Source: an uncultured Chloroflexia bacterium
GTDB lineage: Bacteria; Chloroflexota; Limnocylindria; QHBO01
Assembly (NCBI GenBank): GCA_963777045.1
Contig: CAVZPD010000009.1
Span: forward strand, 139,583 to 203,582
Direction of reading: 5' to 3'
DNA length: 64,000 nucleotides
Part shown: positions 45,971 through 55,170 of the stretch, piece by piece
How positions within the stretch are numbered: the stretch's first letter is position 1
How the letters are laid out: the number at the start of each line of letters is the position of its first letter
Made by a program: the position numbers and the translations under genes
The notes under the pieces: model-generated
Database searches by the model: none
What the model was told of the DNA's origin: nothing
The model's input: the letters and a program-made list of their open reading frames with translations, nothing else

Positions 45971-48900
45971 TTCCCCAACTCTCCAATCGTGGCCAGCACC
46001 CCCCGGGCGATGGCCGCGAGTTCACGCGGATCCGTCTGTTCCGGCGTATCGACGGATGTCCCCGCGACCGATGTGACGCCCTCTTGTGGATTGAGCGGCT
46101 CTCCCAGGTATGCCGCGTCGAGCCCCACCGCCAGGGCGTAGGCGTTGGCCGACAGCTCAGTCGATGGTTCCAGCGAGAGCGAATGGGACAGGAGATCGAG
46201 CAGTCCGGATGACGTCGGCCGGGCCTGCAGCACCTCACACCTCGCCAGCCAGCCGCCATTGTCGTCAAGCTCGACCGAGGACAACACACCGGCGCACGCG
46301 GCCCCCGCATCCAGATCGATGAACTCGGTCGTGCCCAGCACCGGGCTGACCTGTCCGCCCATCGGACCCAGGATGATGACCGGGGCGGGACGTTGCGCGA
46401 TCTCGCGCAGCAGGATCGAGATCGCACCCCCGGCTTGGGTGGTGGCGACCGCCACGTTGACCGGGATCTCACCCGCTGCGGCGTTGCGGGCGACCTCTAG
46501 CACAACGGCAACGCTTGCCGCGCTGGCGGTCGCGCCAGGCCCGGCAGTGTCGAGCCCGGCGACCAGCCATGGTGCGTCGTGCGCGCCCGATGTCGTGGCG
46601 ATCAACTGCTCGGCGGGTGGCAGCCGCAGGGCGGCCGCCGAGGCGAGCTGTCGCCAGGACTGATCGTCGGCGACCACTCCGAGCACCGCCTCGGTCGTCT
46701 CCGGGCAGCGCTCGAGAAGCTGGGAGGCGAGCGGAGCGCTCGCCTCGTCCGGCAGTCGCAGGACGACCACCTCGCCGCTGCATGCGGGGAGCACCCCGGC
46801 CGGCGCTTCCAGTGCGACGAAGGCGGACACCAGATCGCTTCCCGTCCAGCGTGACGAGCGGTAGGCAAGCGACACCGGCCACGCCGCGCCATCGATCCGT
46901 ATCGACTCCCCCGTCTCATCTCGGACGTCGAGGACGCGGGCCAGGTACCCAACTTCGCGCACCTCGTACCCGAGGTCGCTGAGTCGTTCGCCGACCGAGG
47001 CGAAGCTGTCGGCGAGCGCCTGGGAACCAATCATCCGGTCGTTGTGCTGGCTGATGGCCGCCACGTCCTTCGCCAGGCGCTGGACATCTGCCGGCTGCGG
47101 CGTTGGCGGCGGGGTGGTGGTGATCTCACTGGCCGCGATGCCGATCGGCGCAAACTGGCTCCACCCCACCGAGCCGGCCAGCACGGCGACGGCGAGCAGG
47201 CCGACGGTGAGCATCGCCTGCCGAACGGCAAGGCCGGGCAACGCCGTCGACGCCCCCTCGGCACGCAGAGTGGTGGCGGGGGCAACCCGCGCGACGAGCC
47301 CCACCGCTGGGCGCGTCGCCAGCCAGCCGACAGTGACGGCCACGAGGGCCGCCACTCCGGCCACGGCCAGCGATACGATCCCGAGCCCGAGCGCCAGTCC
47401 AAGACCGCCGATGAGCACCGCGGCCAGCACTGCAGCGCAGAGCGCCGGTAGCACGGCCTCGGCGAACACAAGCTTGCGCACCGGACCGGCACGCCAGCCC
47501 AGGGCGCGCAGCAGTCCCAGAGTGGCGAGTCGGCGCTCGACGGTGAGGAGGGCGTTGTCGAGCACCACCGCCCCCGCGGCGAACAGCGCCGCCGCAGCGC
47601 CGAGGAGGTGGTAGGGGGCGATTCGCAGCGCGACCACCTGTCCAAGCAGCGTTCCCCGCAGCGCACCGTTGAAGACCAGCTCGACCGTGGCAACGAAGCC
47701 GGCCAGGGTCACTGCCGCCACCAGCGCGATGGCGGTCCCCACGAACCGGAGGCGCGACTCGAGTGCCTGCGAAATGGCTAGGCCACGCATGCTGCCGACC
47801 GCGCGTCGGCCACCATCCACCGACCGTCCGCGCAGCGCGGCCGCGATCGGCCGCCGGGCGCCAAGGCCCCCAACGGTCAGGACTGACAGCAGGTGCGCGC
47901 CGAGGACAGCGCCCAGCAGGAGGCCGTAGGTCAGCCACCTATCAGTCGACCCTTGGTCAGGAGCCAGCGCCACGTAGGCAGCCACCGCGATGATCCCGGC
48001 ACCCAGACCGACCACGAGCGCCTGGCCAGCCAGCAGGGCAAGGACCGTCCGGCGACGCCAGCCAATGAGCCGCAAGGTCGACAGCTCCGCCGCCTGGTCT
48101 TCGACGAGCACCAGCGCGAAGGTGACGAGGTAGGCCAACGCCACCGCGACCGCACCCGCCAGCAGTACGCCCGACAAACCTGCGGCCCCCGACTCGATGC
48201 GCGGCGCCTCACCGAGCGTCGTCCAGCGCTCGCTGATGACGCCGAGGTCGGGCACCTCGACCTCCACGTCGGAAGCAGCGGCACCGGCCACCACGTCTAC
48301 CCGCAGCCCGGTGCGCTGGATGATCGACTGAGCCACATCTTCGACCCGGCTAATGGCCTGCGCGTCGTAACCGGTGACGTCCGCGACGCGCACCCGGATG
48401 GCGTCGATGAACCGCTCCCCGCGCAGGGCCTCCACAGCTTCGAGGTTCGTGAGTCCGATCGGCGGCAGCGGATTGATTCCGCCTGGATTGAGGGAAGCCG
48501 GCAACGGCTCGTCGGTGGCCTGACCGCCGGCCGTTTCCACCAGGTGACGGGGCGCCTCGCCGTAGATCCCAAGGGGCGCGTAGCTGGTGGCGGTCTCAAA
48601 CTCGGCGGCGATGGCGCGCAGATCGACGGTGCCGAGCGGCTGTAGGCTGAACGGCGGCGGCGTGGCGACGTCGAGCGGCCGGTAGATGAGTTCGTCGCGG
48701 CCATTGGCGAGGTTTGCCTCTCCCAGCGTGTAATCAGCCGCCGCGAGGCGCTCCAACTCCGGCAGCACGAGCGCATCCCATGTTCCAACCGGCTCCAGCC
48801 GCATGCGATCGTCGCTTGACTCCTGGTAAGGCGCCGGCTTCGGCACCAGCACCACGCTGCGCTCGATCCCCCACGCACCACCGTAGCTCGAGGCATCGGC

Positions 48901-49893
48901 GGTCAGGTTCCCCGAGGCGGTCAGCGCCAGACGCGGCTCACGCAGTGGAGTGAGCAGCTCATCCAGCGGCGCGGCGTCGGCGGCGACTGGGGTCGTCGCG
49001 GCCTCCTCGGCGAACTGTCGGATCACGCGCTGCTGCGCGGCCAGGTACGCCTCAACCGCCTCGCTATCGGCAGGCGGTGGGATGGCGTCCAGCGCGGCTT
49101 TCAAGGCGGCCGGCGTAACTCCGCTCAGGCGAAGGACGCTGACCTGAAGCGTGCCCGGCACCTCCGAGTGGGCTGCCGTGACGATCGGGACACCCACCGC
49201 CTCCCGTTGCAGCTGCTGGTCGAGGACGTGCGAGACGCCACGCGTCAGCCCGCGTCCGGCGATGAAGCGCTCGAGGCCGATCAGCTGGTCCTCGGCGATG
49301 GGGTCGATCCCCACCACCAACCCCCAGGTCGACGGGAGCTGGGCGAGGTCCAGGTTCAGGTCGCCGTTGCCAGAGTCGGCAGTGGTGCCCAGTCCAACCG
49401 ACAGTGGCCACGGACCGGCCTCTGGTGGACGCGCGAACGCGCCGACATGCGAGACGAGCCGCTCGCCGCCTACCGAGACCTCTACGTCGACGAGGTACAC
49501 GGTCTCGGTAGCAACATCCTGCAGTTCCACGCTAACCGGTGGACCGCCGTCAGTCATCCAGCCGAGGCTGGCCACCGGTGCGGCGACTTCAACGCCCGGG
49601 ATGGCCTGAATCGCCTCCCACTCGGCGCGACTGATCCCGCTGCCTCTGACGGACACGTAGTTCGCCGGGACCCGACCCTCCGCGCTCGCCTCGGTATCGG
49701 CGGGTCGAACCAAGATGTCGTAAGGGCCGCGCCAGCCAGCGTTGAGCTGCTGCTGGACCACGGCCAGGCTGGAGGTGGAAGCGATCAGCAGCGCGCTCGC
49801 CGCCAGGGCCACCGACACCGAGCCTGCGACGAGGACGACCAGCCGTCCGGGATTGGCACGCAGCAACTTGAGGCCGATCCACAGGGTGGACAC
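45967..49893 (-). CDS. very large FtsX-family ABC transporter permease (1308 aa) with two FtsX membrane domains and large extracytoplasmic regions
   Basis: N-terminal TM (LVVLVAGSVSVALAASALLIA), a long soluble region, a TM cluster around aa 560-700 and another at 800-900 with FtsX-like helices, then a C-terminal soluble domain. Operonic with the ABC ATPase. Confidence 0.7.
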   Translation of the reverse strand: MSTLWIGLKLLRANPGRLVVLVAGSVSVALAASALLIASTSSLAVVQQQLNAGWRGPYDILVRPADTEASAEGRVPANYVSVRGSGISRAEWEAIQAIPGVEVAAPVASLGWMTDGGPPVSVELQDVATETVYLVDVEVSVGGERLVSHVGAFARPPEAGPWPLSVGLGTTADSGNGDLNLDLAQLPSTWGLVVGIDPIAEDQLIGLERFIAGRGLTRGVSHVLDQQLQREAVGVPIVTAAHSEVPGTLQVSVLRLSGVTPAALKAALDAIPPPADSEAVEAYLAAQQRVIRQFAEEAATTPVAADAAPLDELLTPLREPRLALTASGNLTADASSYGGAWGIERSVVLVPKPAPYQESSDDRMRLEPVGTWDALVLPELERLAAADYTLGEANLANGRDELIYRPLDVATPPPFSLQPLGTVDLRAIAAEFETATSYAPLGIYGEAPRHLVETAGGQATDEPLPASLNPGGINPLPPIGLTNLEAVEALRGERFIDAIRVRVADVTGYDAQAISRVEDVAQSIIQRTGLRVDVVAGAAASDVEVEVPDLGVISERWTTLGEAPRIESGAAGLSGVLLAGAVAVALAYLVTFALVLVEDQAAELSTLRLIGWRRRTVLALLAGQALVVGLGAGIIAVAAYVALAPDQGSTDRWLTYGLLLGAVLGAHLLSVLTVGGLGARRPIAAALRGRSVDGGRRAVGSMRGLAISQALESRLRFVGTAIALVAAVTLAGFVATVELVFNGALRGTLLGQVVALRIAPYHLLGAAAALFAAGAVVLDNALLTVERRLATLGLLRALGWRAGPVRKLVFAEAVLPALCAAVLAAVLIGGLGLALGLGIVSLAVAGVAALVAVTVGWLATRPAVGLVARVAPATTLRAEGASTALPGLAVRQAMLTVGLLAVAVLAGSVGWSQFAPIGIAASEITTTPPPTPQPADVQRLAKDVAAISQHNDRMIGSQALADSFASVGERLSDLGYEVREVGYLARVLDVRDETGESIRIDGAAWPVSLAYRSSRWTGSDLVSAFVALEAPAGVLPACSGEVVVLRLPDEASAPLASQLLERCPETTEAVLGVVADDQSWRQLASAAALRLPPAEQLIATTSGAHDAPWLVAGLDTAGPGATASAASVAVVLEVARNAAAGEIPVNVAVATTQAGGAISILLREIAQRPAPVIILGPMGGQVSPVLGTTEFIDLDAGAACAGVLSSVELDDNGGWLARCEVLQARPTSSGLLDLLSHSLSLEPSTELSANAYALAVGLDAAYLGEPLNPQEGVTSVAGTSVDTPEQTDPRELAAIARGVLATIGELGK

Positions 49894-49919
49894 AGTCGTT
49901 TCCCTCCCTCTTGCCTTCG

Positions 49920-50570
49920 TCAGCGACGGCCAGCGAGACCCTGGGTCAGGCGTGCAGCAACGAATCCCAGGCCGAGCAAGACGATGGCGTACGGAAGCAT
50001 GGTCAGTGCCGCCGCGCCGAGGCCCGGCTCCGAGCCGGCGTCAGCTCGCGGACCTCCCGCAAAGGGTGACCATACGAGCGTGCCGCCCCGCGAATCCGCT
50101 CCCCGCAGTGCGGGCGTCGCCTCGCGGATTACTCGAGCACCCGCGGGTGTGGCCTGAACGGTCACTGGTTGGAATGGATCCGCCAGCCGAGCTCGGGTGT
50201 CGAGCATGCTGCCAATGGCGGCGACACTGGCGACAAAGACGGCTGCGGCGCCCAGTAATGCGAGCACCGCACCCGCAACCGGCAGGCGCCGAACGTGTGG
50301 CGCCGGGGCGGCGGGCAACGGCGCCTGGCTCCCGGTCATTGCCGGCTCCGATTCGCGGAAGGAGGCCAGGAGCGCGACCCGCCCGCTCACGCCCAGCTTG
50401 AGGTAGATGTGCGACAGGTGCGACCGCACCGTCGCTTCAGTCAGAGAGAGCCGCTCCGCGATCTCGCGGGCGGGCAGTCCGCTGAGCGCCTCGTCGAGCA
50501 CCGCCTGCTCTGCCGGAGTCAGGCTCGAGAGCTGCGCGTACAGCGGCTCGTTCGTCCCTTCACTGTCCAT
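49920..50570 (-). CDS. LuxR-family HTH regulator fused to a C-terminal membrane domain
   Basis: N-terminal LTPAEQAVLDEALSGLPAREIAERLSLTEATVRSHLSHIYLKLGV (LuxR/GerE HTH). The C-terminal half has two hydrophobic helices. 26 nt upstream of the FtsX gene. Confidence 0.55.
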   Translation of the reverse strand: MDSEGTNEPLYAQLSSLTPAEQAVLDEALSGLPAREIAERLSLTEATVRSHLSHIYLKLGVSGRVALLASFRESEPAMTGSQAPLPAAPAPHVRRLPVAGAVLALLGAAAVFVASVAAIGSMLDTRARLADPFQPVTVQATPAGARVIREATPALRGADSRGGTLVWSPFAGGPRADAGSEPGLGAAALTMLPYAIVLLGLGFVAARLTQGLAGRR

Positions 50571-50637
50571 CGGGTTGTTCCTTGATGTTCGCTCGTCTTC
50601 CAGTCTCGCTCCAGGGGCGTGACGACGCATCCGGCAT

Positions 50638-50672
50638 ACCGATGAATCACGTCCTCAGTTCCGATGAATCCT
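50638..50672. promoter_or_regulatory. direct repeat CCGATGAATC x2 upstream of the LuxR-FtsX-ABC operon
   Basis: TACCGATGAATCAC and TTCCGATGAATCCT, 21 nt apart, 70-100 nt upstream of the LuxR-like start. Candidate operator. Confidence 0.3.
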
Positions 50673-50870
50673 CTGCTGGACGATGGGCGCGAGCTTGCTT
50701 CTGGCGGAAGTGCCGAAGGTCACGCCGCCGGTCAACGGGACGATCCAATCGCTGCGCGTAGCGTCGTGCAGGGATCGCCGCATCGTCTCTCATGAGGCAG
50801 GAACGAGACGTACACCGAGCTGTACACAACTTCCCTTGTTTCGACACGTCCTGCCCCATAGGGTTGTCGA

Positions 50871-51194
50871 ATGCCGATGCGCGTGACTCCGACCCGCCTA
50901 CGCGATGAGCTGACCGAGCTCTGGTTGCGTGCGTCCGCTGGCGAGCATCTTGTCGCGGCGGGCGCCCACCAGACGCCGGTTCTCATTCGCCCCGTGCGCC
51001 CGCGCGACCACGGTACGCGGACCGGTCTCACCGTCTTTCGGCGACAGCTTCATCGCATCCTGCGCCAGGCCGCTCAGGAGCCGGTGATCGTCACCGTAGT
51101 CGGTGATCCGATACTGTGGCTCGGTCCGACGACCGCTCCCCCGGCAGGCTCCGGGCCAGAGCGGCCCGTTGGGCACCGTCGTCGGAGGCTGTGA
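50871..51194 (+). CDS. hypothetical protein with two Phd/YefM-antitoxin-like segments
   Basis: MRVTPTRLRDELTELWLRASAGEHLVAAGAHQTPVLIRP and GLTVFRRQLHRILRQAAQEPVIVTVVGDPILWLGP both fit the (s)v(s)..lR.nL...l..v..Ge.v.iT..G.pvavL.p pattern. First of three translationally coupled genes. Confidence 0.3.
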   Translation: MPMRVTPTRLRDELTELWLRASAGEHLVAAGAHQTPVLIRPVRPRDHGTRTGLTVFRRQLHRILRQAAQEPVIVTVVGDPILWLGPTTAPPAGSGPERPVGHRRRRL

Positions 51195-51481
51195 TGGGAC
51201 GGCGTGGGGGCCGCTCCAGCCCATCCGAGCGTGCGCTGCGAGGCCGCATCGGTGCGCATCTGCTGCACGCCACGCACGACTCCCGGCGCCTGACCGAGAA
51301 GGCTCGCGCCACGTTCATGGCGAGCTTCGAGCGGCAGGTCGATCCGGATCGCAGCTTGCCGGCTGACGAGCGTCGGCGGCGGGCGACCCATGCGCGGGCT
51401 GCGCACTTCGCACGCCTTGCCAGGATGAGCAGTCTGGCACGCGCCCAACGCAAGCGTCGTGCCCGTCGCGGCGGGGGATGA
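51191..51481 (+). CDS. hypothetical basic protein
   Basis: GTGA overlap with the upstream gene and ATGA overlap with the downstream gene. Arg-rich C-terminus (ARAQRKRRARRGGG). No recognisable motif. Confidence 0.3.
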   Translation: MMGRRGGRSSPSERALRGRIGAHLLHATHDSRRLTEKARATFMASFERQVDPDRSLPADERRRRATHARAAHFARLARMSSLARAQRKRRARRGGG

Positions 51482-52440
51482 TGGTCGCGTCCAGGCAGGC
51501 CCGCACCCGGCGGTCGGCGCCCATCGGGCCGCCAGGCATGAACGCCTGGCCGGCGCTACCAGTCCGTGATCAGCGGCTCATCGCGTGGCTGTGGGCCGGC
51601 GACGTCGTGAACTCGGAGCTGGCGGCCGTGCTCGCGTATGGCAGCCTCCGCATTGCTCAGCGACGGCTGTCGCGCCTCGTCGAATACGGGATCCTGCGCG
51701 GCTTCTGGGCGGGAAACAGCCAGCGGCCCCGCGGGCGATACGCGTACGTTCTGACGAAGAGCGCCCGCAAGGATCTCGGGTTTCTTCTCTGGGAGCACTC
51801 GCAGCCGGAGCTGGCGGACGATCAGCTGCAGGCCCCCTCGCCGGTCATCCACCAGCTCGCGACCCACGATCTCCTTGCCGCCTTTCTGCGCGCCTCGCCG
51901 CTGACCGACGAGATTGGCCTCGCTGCGTGGGTCCCGGAACATGCCGCCACTGTTCCTTACCGCGGCGTGCAGCGTCCCGATGCAATAGCCCTCGTTCGGC
52001 GCGGTCACGAGGGCGCGTTGCTGATCATCGAGCGCGACATGGGCAGCGAGCGCCACGAGATTCTCATCCGGAAGTTGGAGCGGTACAGGTTCACACGGAT
52101 TCACCCGGTGGGGACGAACCTGGGTTTCATTGTCGAAGGTTCCCGCCGCGCCGGTGCATTGCGGGTCTCGTTGCGTCGTGCCCAGGACCGATGGCACAAC
52201 CGGGGCAACCAGGAGGACCTCGCGTGCTGGATTACCACCGGCGCTGACCTGCGCGACGATCCGTTCGGCGCGGTGTGGCGCTCGCCCGACGGGCGCGAGG
52301 CGACAGTCCTGGACATGCCTGCCATCGAGTTGCCCGCGCCCCTGCCGATCCTGTCCCCGCCGGCTCTCCTCGACGACGAAGCCGAGGGCGCGCTGGACGA
52401 TCGAGCCCTGGCCATGGTTGGCTGGGGCCGCCGCCGCTAG
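51478..52440 (+). CDS. replication-relaxation (Replic_Relax)-like protein, plasmid/ICE-associated
   Basis: N-terminal wHTH-like region (LIAWLWAGDVVNSELAAVLAYGSLRIAQRRLSRLVEYGILRGFW...RYAYVLTKSARKDLG), then a larger domain. A diverged copy of its last ~14 codons recurs at 55180-55222. Confidence 0.4.
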   Translation: MMVASRQARTRRSAPIGPPGMNAWPALPVRDQRLIAWLWAGDVVNSELAAVLAYGSLRIAQRRLSRLVEYGILRGFWAGNSQRPRGRYAYVLTKSARKDLGFLLWEHSQPELADDQLQAPSPVIHQLATHDLLAAFLRASPLTDEIGLAAWVPEHAATVPYRGVQRPDAIALVRRGHEGALLIIERDMGSERHEILIRKLERYRFTRIHPVGTNLGFIVEGSRRAGALRVSLRRAQDRWHNRGNQEDLACWITTGADLRDDPFGAVWRSPDGREATVLDMPAIELPAPLPILSPPALLDDEAEGALDDRALAMVGWGRRR

Positions 52441-52481
52441 GTCGTTCCACCCTGTCAAGAGCCCTTCGGTAGCATGGGAGC

Positions 52482-52892
52482 ATGCGGATGCCGAAACCAC
52501 GCAAGGATGGGGAATGGTCCTCGGTTCCCCCGTCGCCAAGAGACGCGGCGCCCGGCGTCCATCCTGGACTGAGTCGTCCCGACCCGGCGGTGGAGTCCCT
52601 CGTCAAGGAGATCCTCGATCCGGTGCTGGTCCCGCTCGGCTTTGGCCCGGGGCAGCTCGGCGGAGACGGAGAACACGCTCAGGCGATCTACTGCCGGGGC
52701 GAGATGGACACTCCGGATGGTGGGTGCGTGGATCTCGTCCTTGATCTCGAAGCGGCGCCCGATTGGCAGATCACCGATGTGCGCTACTGGGGGTTCCCTG
52801 TCGACCGCTGGCACCTCGACGTCGACCGAGGTGCTCAACTTGCGGATCAGCTCGCCGGCCTGGCTCAGAGCCTGCCCACCGAGCTGTCATAG
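52482..52892 (+). CDS. hypothetical protein
   Basis: 136-aa ORF with coding GC3 bias inside the element. No motif recognised. Confidence 0.3.
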   Translation: MRMPKPRKDGEWSSVPPSPRDAAPGVHPGLSRPDPAVESLVKEILDPVLVPLGFGPGQLGGDGEHAQAIYCRGEMDTPDGGCVDLVLDLEAAPDWQITDVRYWGFPVDRWHLDVDRGAQLADQLAGLAQSLPTELS

Positions 52893-53215
52893 ATGCCACG
52901 GGCGCTTGCGGCTCGTGAGCCCCATAGGGGTCGCGCCAGCCTTGCTCGTCCTCCCGGCGACCTACTTTGCTTGCCGAACACGAGAGTCCCGATCTCTGGC
53001 GCCGAGCGATTGAAGGGGCCACTGCCACTCGCCGTCGAGCGCTGTCACGCTGCGGAACGCGTCCCTGTCACCCCGCTGTTCGAGAGCCGCGAAGCCGTCC
53101 CGCACACGGATGCGTCAGTTTCGCAAGCTCAATCCTGCCCATTGTCGAACCCCGACATCTCTAGAGATTCGCGCGCCTGCGCCCGGGCCGCTCAGCAGCG
53201 GAGCGGTGATGTGGG

Positions 53216-53851
53216 TCACGGCCAAGCTGGCGCATCCTCTGGAGACACCTGCTCAACGTCGTAGGCGCTTGGCCCGCTCGAGACGTACCGGTCTTCGTCG
53301 ACCTCCTCGAGCCGAATAGGGTCTCTGGCCGGGTCGACGCGGCTCCAGTAACGCGCGAGTTTGATCTTCAGCTGGCGTCGCGCTTCCTGATGCAACTGCG
53401 CCACTCGCCGTGGCGGGTCTCGAAGCGTCGCATCGTCAACCAGACTCGGCCGGTAAAGACACGCCACAAGCGCCTCATCGAGCAGCCCAGGAACCGGCGG
53501 CAGGTACATGTATGGATGCACAGAGTCACGAGCCTCGATCAAGCTCAGGTTCTGGCGCTGGCCGGGGGTTCTCTCGGCCACCAGCGCCAGTGGGAGGACA
53601 GGTACGAGGACTCGGTAGGGATGCGATGGCTCTCCGCTGCGCTGATCGATCATGTCGCAGGTCGGAGTTACCAGCAGCCCGTAGCCGTACTGCACTTCAC
53701 CGACGAAGTGCTTTCCCGAGCCCTCCTCATCGACGAGCATGACGGTTGGCTGGTCGAGAAACGGGATGGCCGCGAAGAGGTCGCCAGCGAAGAGAATCGA
53801 CGACCAGTTGGGGACCCAATACTGATCGTCACTCGGCCTGAATACGGTCAT
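53216..53851 (-). CDS. hypothetical protein (211 aa), cargo of element 1
   Basis: Downstream of the Xis-like HTH gene on the same strand (75-nt gap). No recognisable family (…DEEGSGKHFVGEVQYGYGLLVTPTCDMID…). Confidence 0.35.
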   Translation of the reverse strand: MTVFRPSDDQYWVPNWSSILFAGDLFAAIPFLDQPTVMLVDEEGSGKHFVGEVQYGYGLLVTPTCDMIDQRSGEPSHPYRVLVPVLPLALVAERTPGQRQNLSLIEARDSVHPYMYLPPVPGLLDEALVACLYRPSLVDDATLRDPPRRVAQLHQEARRQLKIKLARYWSRVDPARDPIRLEEVDEDRYVSSGPSAYDVEQVSPEDAPAWP

Positions 53852-53926
53852 CGCCCTCCCCTCTGCGTCGCCCCATCGTATGGGCTGTGACGCAAGGAGG
53901 AGGGCGGTTTGCGACTGTGGGCGAAC

Positions 53927-54160
53927 TTAGTCGTCGATCGGTTCAGCCGAGACTCTGGGCAGCTCCTCAGCATCCAGGCTGGCGAAACCGGTGAACATCT
54001 GAGCCCGCATACGCTCGATGTCCTCCGATCGGAATCGACGAACGCCACTTGGGAGTCGGACAGCCCGGATGAACCCCTTCTCCTCCCAACGCCTAAGCGT
54101 GTTCTCATGCACGCCAAGTCCGTGGGCGGCCTGACGTACTTGCATTAGGGACATCGCCAT
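53927..54160 (-). CDS. MerR/excisionase-family HTH DNA-binding protein
   Basis: MSLMQVRQAAHGLGVHENTLRRWEEKGFIRAVRLPSGVRRFRSEDIERM is a canonical Xis/MerR-type HTH. Lower GC (~58%). Confidence 0.5.
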   Translation of the reverse strand: MAMSLMQVRQAAHGLGVHENTLRRWEEKGFIRAVRLPSGVRRFRSEDIERMRAQMFTGFASLDAEELPRVSAEPIDD

Positions 54161-54192
54161 CTCCTTCCCATCTGGCAATGTGAGTGTGCAGC

Positions 54193-54244
54193 CGATGGTA
54201 GAGCTTGTCAACTGTAGCGAGATGGTAGACTTGGTGAACTATTC
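54193..54244. promoter_or_regulatory. tandem ~25-nt direct repeat in the divergent promoter region between the Xis-like gene and the low-GC membrane protein gene
   Basis: GATGGTAGAGCTTGTCAACTGTAGC then GATGGTAGACTTGGTGAACTATTCG. Likely operator sites for the adjacent HTH protein. Confidence 0.35.
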
Positions 54245-54264
54245 GTACCAGCGCGTGGTGCGTT

Positions 54265-54972
54265 ATGGATGTCGTTAACTGGTTGAACACCAACAGCGGA
54301 GCTGTGATTGCCGCTCTCACGTTGGTGTACGTCGTCTTCACCGGCGCCCTCCTGTTGGAGGCCCGGTCGAGTCGCCTGGAGAAACTCTCCGCGTCGGTCG
54401 AGGCGTACCCCATGATCCACGAGATTGCTCATCTCTATCTCGCTGGTCGGATTGAGAACGGCGGGCCGGCCTACGCCCGCGATATCAGCTGGGACGTGCG
54501 GCTCCTCGAGAACGGACAGCTGGTGGACGAGGACCGCAGCTATAAGCAGCCACTCATGGCCCCGGGCCGCCATCGCACGACGATGCTGCATCCCCGTGGC
54601 AAGCAGGCAACGCTGAAGGCTCTCGCTGACCGAGGGTTCACCGTAGAGATGACTTGGTCGTGGACAGACGGACGTCATCGATTCGGGGTCGGTCCTCGGA
54701 AGCGGCATCAGCGCAGCGAGGTTTGGGATTTTGCCGCCCTTCGAGACGGGTTCTACAAGGGCTCCGTCATGGTTGAGACGCCGGTGGATGTGAAGCTGGC
54801 GAACACGCTCGACCCCATCCGCAAGGCCGCTGACGAGATCCCGCGGATCGGCAGCGAGCTGCGATCCCTCCGCTATTTCATTGAGAGCCGAATCGATCAC
54901 GATGGGATCGAACAGCCGGAGTCGGCGAGCATGCCGCTGATGGCGGGCAGCGACGACCCCGCTGCGGAGTAG
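54265..54972 (+). CDS. hypothetical membrane-anchored protein, low-GC cargo
   Basis: 235 aa with N-terminal TM (AVIAALTLVYVVFTGALLL). ~53% GC versus ~70% flanks. No known motif. Confidence 0.4.
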   Translation: MDVVNWLNTNSGAVIAALTLVYVVFTGALLLEARSSRLEKLSASVEAYPMIHEIAHLYLAGRIENGGPAYARDISWDVRLLENGQLVDEDRSYKQPLMAPGRHRTTMLHPRGKQATLKALADRGFTVEMTWSWTDGRHRFGVGPRKRHQRSEVWDFAALRDGFYKGSVMVETPVDVKLANTLDPIRKAADEIPRIGSELRSLRYFIESRIDHDGIEQPESASMPLMAGSDDPAAE

Positions 54973-55094
54973 CTCGGAATCCCCTGCTGTGAGGCCATTG
55001 TTGTGCTGTCGCCGGAGGGCCCGATAGAGCAGGGGATTCGGCCGATTACGCACGACTTCCACCCTCGGCGACCACAGCGTTAGGTGGGTCTGAC

Positions 55095-55135
55095 TTAAAA
55101 GTCCCCTGCTCTAACCACTGAGCTAACGGCCCACC
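55095..55135. repeat. att core copy B (junction between elements 1 and 2)
   Basis: 41-nt identity to the tRNA-Lys 5' half. Followed, like copy A, by the GTGCTCA(A/G)TTAGAGCAC hairpin and GA(T/C)TCGAAG motif. Preceded by a ~100-nt arm shared with copy C. Confidence 0.6.
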
Positions 55136-55170
55136 GTCTCGTGCTCAATTAGAGCACGTGACTCGAAGAA

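Larger units (their letters stand above)
44238..55135 (+). mobile_element. integrated element 1 (~10.9 kb) at tRNA-Lys
   Basis: Bounded on the left by the tRNA 5' end and on the right by a 41-nt direct repeat of the tRNA 5' half. Its tyrosine integrase gene lies 118 nt from the tRNA. It carries LuxR/FtsX/ABC cargo, a Replic_Relax-like gene, Xis-like HTH genes and a markedly lower-GC patch (~53-58%) at 53.9-55.0 kb. Confidence 0.6.

Noticed and set aside
55095-55135. tRNA-like sequences at 55095 and 57597 as additional tRNA-Lys genes
   Set aside because: Only the 5' half (acceptor 5' strand, D-arm, anticodon stem 5' strand and loop) is present. The 3' half is replaced by element sequence that cannot pair, so these are att repeats, not genes.
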